DNA of 64,000 nucleotides, from positions 351,850,001 through 351,914,000 of the forward strand of contig OZ024742.1 of NCBI GenBank assembly GCA_964016885.1, given 5' to 3'. How positions within the stretch are numbered: position 1 is the stretch's first letter; every line of letters begins with the position of its first letter. Positions 59,416 through 64,000 of the stretch are shown piece by piece. The translations under genes and the position numbers were made by a program. The notes beneath the pieces are model-generated. The model searched no databases. It was not told the origin of the DNA and saw only the letters and a list, made by a program, of their open reading frames with translations. Source of the DNA: Eledone cirrhosa. Taxonomy: Eukaryota.

Positions 59416-59490
59416 AATAATTGTTTCTACGTGTTGGCACAAGGCCAGCAATTATCCAGTTCATTACTGGTACTTTATTTTATCGACCCC
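59416..59490 (-). mobile_element. SINE 3' fragment
   Basis: Tail and core match in reverse complement. Confidence 0.8.
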
Positions 59491-59822
59491 TTTATTTTAT
59501 CGCACATACACCTCATCAATTTATTTTTTAGCCGTTATTTACAGCTTGTTCCATTTTGACAGCGTTCCTGATCAAAAGTCTCTCTCTCTCCCTCTCTCTC
59601 TCTCTCTCGCTCTATCTCTCTATCTCTCTTTCTCTGTCTTCCTTCTTTCTTTTTTCCTTTTTTGTTCCTTTTTTTCCTCTCTTCACTTTCTTTTTCCTTT
59701 TTCTACTTCTTTCCTTTTCTTTTATTTTCCTATCTTTTTCTTACTCTTATATGTTTGTCTTATGTAGACCTTGCACATTCCTGTTGACAAGTGTTTTTAG
59801 GCCTCATATCATTTTACGTTAA

Positions 59823-59886
59823 TTTATCTGATGAGAACACAACATCTGTCCCAGGATGATGTTGTTTTCGAAATGCGCATAATAAA
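59823..59886 (+). ncRNA. Type I hammerhead ribozyme
   Basis: Stem I TTTAT/ATAAA; CTGATGA 59828-59834; 12-position stem II GAACACAACATC/GATGTTGTTTTC (1 mismatch); GAAA; palindromic ATGCGCAT; AUA site; (TA)n about 40 nt downstream. Confidence 0.82.
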
Positions 59887-59919
59887 ATATATGGAACTTT
59901 TTTAACCACCTTTTAATTT

Positions 59920-60025
<106 letters not shown>

Positions 60026-60806
60026 ATTTGTGTGTGTGTGTGTGTGTATGTGTGTGTATATAATTTCGGGCTTAATGAATTCATGTCATTTGAAATAGAA
60101 ACAGAAATTCATTAATATAATGGTACATCATTTTCTTTTTTCTAGGGTTGCCGAATCTAGAGCAATGTGGTAATCATATATAGTTATATCCAGAATATGA
60201 TAATATTTTGTTATCCTCTCTATTTTTTCTCTTTTCCCTAAATTAGACTAGACAGAGACATTACCATATATTCTCAAATATCAACTAATCTATATATAAT
60301 CTAAACTCCTATTTTATGCCTGAGAAATGGGCAAAAATCGAAAGCCCGTTTATAAGCTGAGGTAGCTAATCAATACATTATGTTTAGATGGTGTGGTTTT
60401 GAGAGAGCAATAAAATAAAATCAGATTTCTATGTTACTTTTTTAAGCATTCTAGGGGTGCAGATGAAAACATGTTCATTTTAGAAGACTTGCTATCAAAG
60501 AAAATTATTCTTACGTAACAAAGCCATTTATTTGTCTCTATTTTCCTCTAATAATATATAACAGAGTTGCCAGTCCACTCAAAGATGCCATACAGTGTTG
60601 TTTCAAGATTTGTTAATATTTCATCAGGGACACACATTCAATCCATACTGGCATGGAAATAGACTAAAGTCTATATAAAATGTTGCAGGTTGTTGTTTTA
60701 AATGTCCACTTTCCCTGCTAGCAAGAGTTGGACGTATAAATATGTATATATATATATATATAAATGAAAGTATAGAAATTATTGTGAGCATGAAGCCAAC
60801 AGTACT

Positions 60807-61951
60807 TCATATATATAAAACATAGGATGTTTGTCTGTGTAAATCCCTAGATCTCGAGACGCACCCAACCGATATTTTTCAAACTTTACACATACGTTAC
60901 TTATATTTCTTGAAGTGCAATGGGCTGAGGTACGCATTAGGCGCATTAGGCGAATAACCGCATTTTTTAGGCATTTTTAGTAATTTTTGAGGCGTTACTT
61001 AAAGATAATGCAACCGATTTCCTCAAAATTTGCAGCACACGTTAGATAGTCCACTTCAATTGCTGTGAACAAAAAGATTTCCGATTTCATTAATGGTTTC
61101 TAGGAAATTTACGAATTAGCATTGGGCATTACATGCCTTTTTTTATTTTCAATATAAACGCTACTTAAACATCATAAGTAACCTATAATATTTCGTTAAA
61201 ATATTTGATTTATTTAACAGAGGACACACAACTTACTTACCTTTAAGCAGGACCATTTTCGTGGGGTTGAGGAAATGAGGAGTACCTTAAAATATTTGTC
61301 GCCACCCTGTAGACGCTTCGTACTTTCCTCACGCACAAATCCGGGCCCAGTGTACGTTGCCGTATTATTGAAACCGTAAAACTCACGTCTGTGCTACTTC
61401 TACTAATACCCCTTTTTTGCATCTACACTGCAGTATGAACGTCCTGAAGAGCGGTTGTGCTAATTCCGCAGAGACCCCTTTTGTCGCACTTTTTGTTGTT
61501 GTGTAAATGCAGTGCGACCAGTGCCGCCCAGGCTTTGTACTAATTGCACTATGACCCCCTTCTGCTGCAGCTGCGTTGCCACGCTGATTTCGTCATCTCA
61601 ATATCCCTACTTAAACGTTCATCTCTACTTGGTTTTCACACAATTGACTACGTCACTTTGTCAGACTGACGTGTGTTCCCCATCTGTGACGTAATTCGTG
61701 AACAGACTTACGACATACATCGCCCCACAACACTTACGTACTCCTTTCGCATACAGGATTTCCCCCGTCAGCCCACTGACACCGCTACTATTGGATTCTA
61801 CCTGCTGGTGTTCTACGTTTCCAGTAGATCAACAATCATTCCCTGAGAATAAGAGAATTCAAAATGTTCACACATACATTCCTCAATCTTTGCATATACG
61901 TGTTGCTATTTCATGTTTCCTACCCCGTGCAACGCCGGATCCTGCTGCTAC
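60807..61951 (+). mobile_element. Non-autonomous Helitron (related termini)
   Basis: Starts TCATATATATAAAA; ends with a CCCGTGCAACGCCGGA hairpin followed by CTAC|T (decayed CTAG). Confidence 0.7.
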
Positions 61952-63006
61952 TATATAATAAATGAACATATAAACATGGCAGAAATTACGAATTTCTCAT
62001 AAATATGAAAATATGATAAACACCTTTAATACATTTTTAGATCTAATTCTACTCACATTAGAAGACGTGAATATCCTCCAAACAACCACAAGGAAACATA
62101 TTTCAAGTTACCTATTTCATGTTTCGTAGTATTATTCTGAAATGGACGCCATAATGTGTATGCAATTAACATTCATGTTGTTAATTAATTCAAATATATA
62201 TATATGAATAAGTGAACTAGCAGACAAAGCGTACGATCAAGTTTGCTATTGCACTTCTTAACATATATCTTGAATAATTAGCAGCACGAGCGCTAATTAT
62301 ATGTAAATTATTACGTCCATTTCAGAATATTGCTACTTCTCAACATTTGGCCGATGCTCTACGGATAACATCTTGGATGAATTCGTCACTTTTTCTGTAA
62401 GTCAAATGATATATAATGCATAAATCATCATATGATTTACATGGCTAAAATGTGAGCATAAAAATGCTATTAACTATTTAGACCTATGCTGTTACATGTA
62501 TGTACAACACGGATTCTAACAAAACATTTTGAAAAGAAAATTGACGGAACATATACAAGAACGCTGCTAGTTGCGCTGGATATATACTGGAGACAACAAA
62601 CTGCAAAATAACTTATTGAACAATGGAGGTCGGTAGAGACTGGAGAAAAGGAGTGGTGATCAGCCGTGCAAAAAGCACGCCCGTGTTATGACGGATGTTG
62701 TTAAATTATTTTAGATTTCCTGGAATATAAGTTCTTATTGTGAAGTTTAAAAGGACAATGTGCCCATTATATGGTAGCGGCTTGTGTCGAAAACGTTAGG
62801 GAAAAGGGAACTAATGACTGTAGACATATAGATTTACAATATGAGGTAATCTTCAGAATAATGTTTTAAACATATACGATATTTTCCCGTTTTCTTAGAG
62901 TAGGATATATGTAAATATTTTGTAAAGAACTCACACATTATATGTTGAATACGTGCATGAAACTATATATCTATCGATATACGAATATGCATGTACATAC
63001 AAACAC

Positions 63007-63064
<58 letters not shown>

Positions 63065-63474
63065 TTAGAAACACACAGATACATGCGGACACACACATAT
63101 ATACATGAATACATCCGCACCTAACTGTGAGTTAAGGGTGCCAACTTCACCGATGTTGCTCAATGAATGACTGGGACAGACCAATTCAGTTTGAACCAGA
63201 CTGAACCAGTATCAGAGTTAAAAATACATTATGAAGAGAGAAGAAACATTTAGATATAATTAGTAATAAAATGTATCATACCTAAACTGTTCCTAAATTC
63301 CTCGACTACGTAGTTTCGTGGCATAAACAAAAACAATATATCAAAGATATAGAGTCCTTGCGAGGTCTGCCGACTTATCAAGAGGATACCTCATTTTACT
63401 AGTCTCAAGAACGCGTCTACACGACGTGAGAAAGAATCCCAAAAGGCGGAGGGGGAGATAGTCACGCGATATAT

Positions 63475-63672
63475 TGTTATATTTGGGGATGGTCATATTG
63501 CCAGAAATAATAATAAGACATATACATATATTTATATCTATATTTTTCACTAATAGGCAATCAATACAAATCATTAATTACCAGTTATATTAACTATAGG
63601 GGTTTAAATATATGGAAGCGAAAACCAACAGAAACCAAACAGTGAGTTTGTTTTATTATTATTTCTGGCAAT
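63475..63672 (+). mobile_element. MITE with related termini, inserted into a hammerhead element; right TIR interrupted by SINEs
   Basis: Starts TGTTATATTTGGGGATGGTCATATTGCCAGAAATAATAATAA; the inverted TTATTATTATTTCTGGCAAT lies at ~63653-63672; homologous to 37835-38140 in reverse. Confidence 0.65.
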
Positions 63673-64000
63673 ATCGGTAGAAGGTTGGACGTCATGCTTT
63701 CTAGCATAGTTACGTCCCTTTACAGTCTGAGTTCAAATCCCGCCGAGATTAACTTTGCTTTTTATCCTTATGGGGTCCATAAAATAAAGTACCAGTCACG
63801 CACTGGTTCGATTTAATCGACTTTCTCCTCCTCCCACGCCCAATCACTGGCCTTGTGGCTATATAAGAAACCAATATTATTTCTGGCAATATCGGTAGAG
63901 GGTTGGACGCCATGCTTTCTAGCATTGTTACGTCCCTTTACAGTGTGAGTTTAAATCCGGCAGAGGTTATTTTGCCTTTCATCCTTACGGGGTCGATAAA
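63666..64000 (+). mobile_element. Two tandem SINE copies (second runs off the window)
   Basis: Both begin after ATTATTTCTGGCAAT; consensus match. Confidence 0.88.

Overview
AT-rich, microsatellite-dense animal genomic DNA. The SINE family and the (TA)n/(CA)n/(CT)n load suggest an octopod cephalopod; this is inference from repeat content, not verified. I see no intact cellular gene, and almost all listed ORFs are microsatellite translations. Supported content: about 18 copies or fragments of one tRNA-derived SINE; 5'-truncated LINEs (a young L1/Tx1-type ORF2, two RTE copies of which one has a twin-priming inversion, a CR1-like fragment, old L1 relics); three non-autonomous Helitrons; a MITE family; minisatellites; and scattered minus-strand relics of a multi-C-type-lectin/mucin gene. 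The main discovery is a dense set of short non-coding elements inserted in (TA)n tracts. They come from more than 10 unrelated sequence families, and each carries a type I hammerhead ribozyme (about 19 complete or near-complete cores plus about 9 3' halves in 64 kb), usually with a palindromic stem III. They form tandem units or 5' inverted duplications whose breakpoints repeatedly fall in ribozyme stem II. Five families share a conserved ACTC...TATTGAGT 3' stem-loop, and two families use a U3:A8 core. This fits a Penelope-like-element/retrozyme system that targets (TA)n. All ribozyme folds were derived by eye and none was computed or tested.
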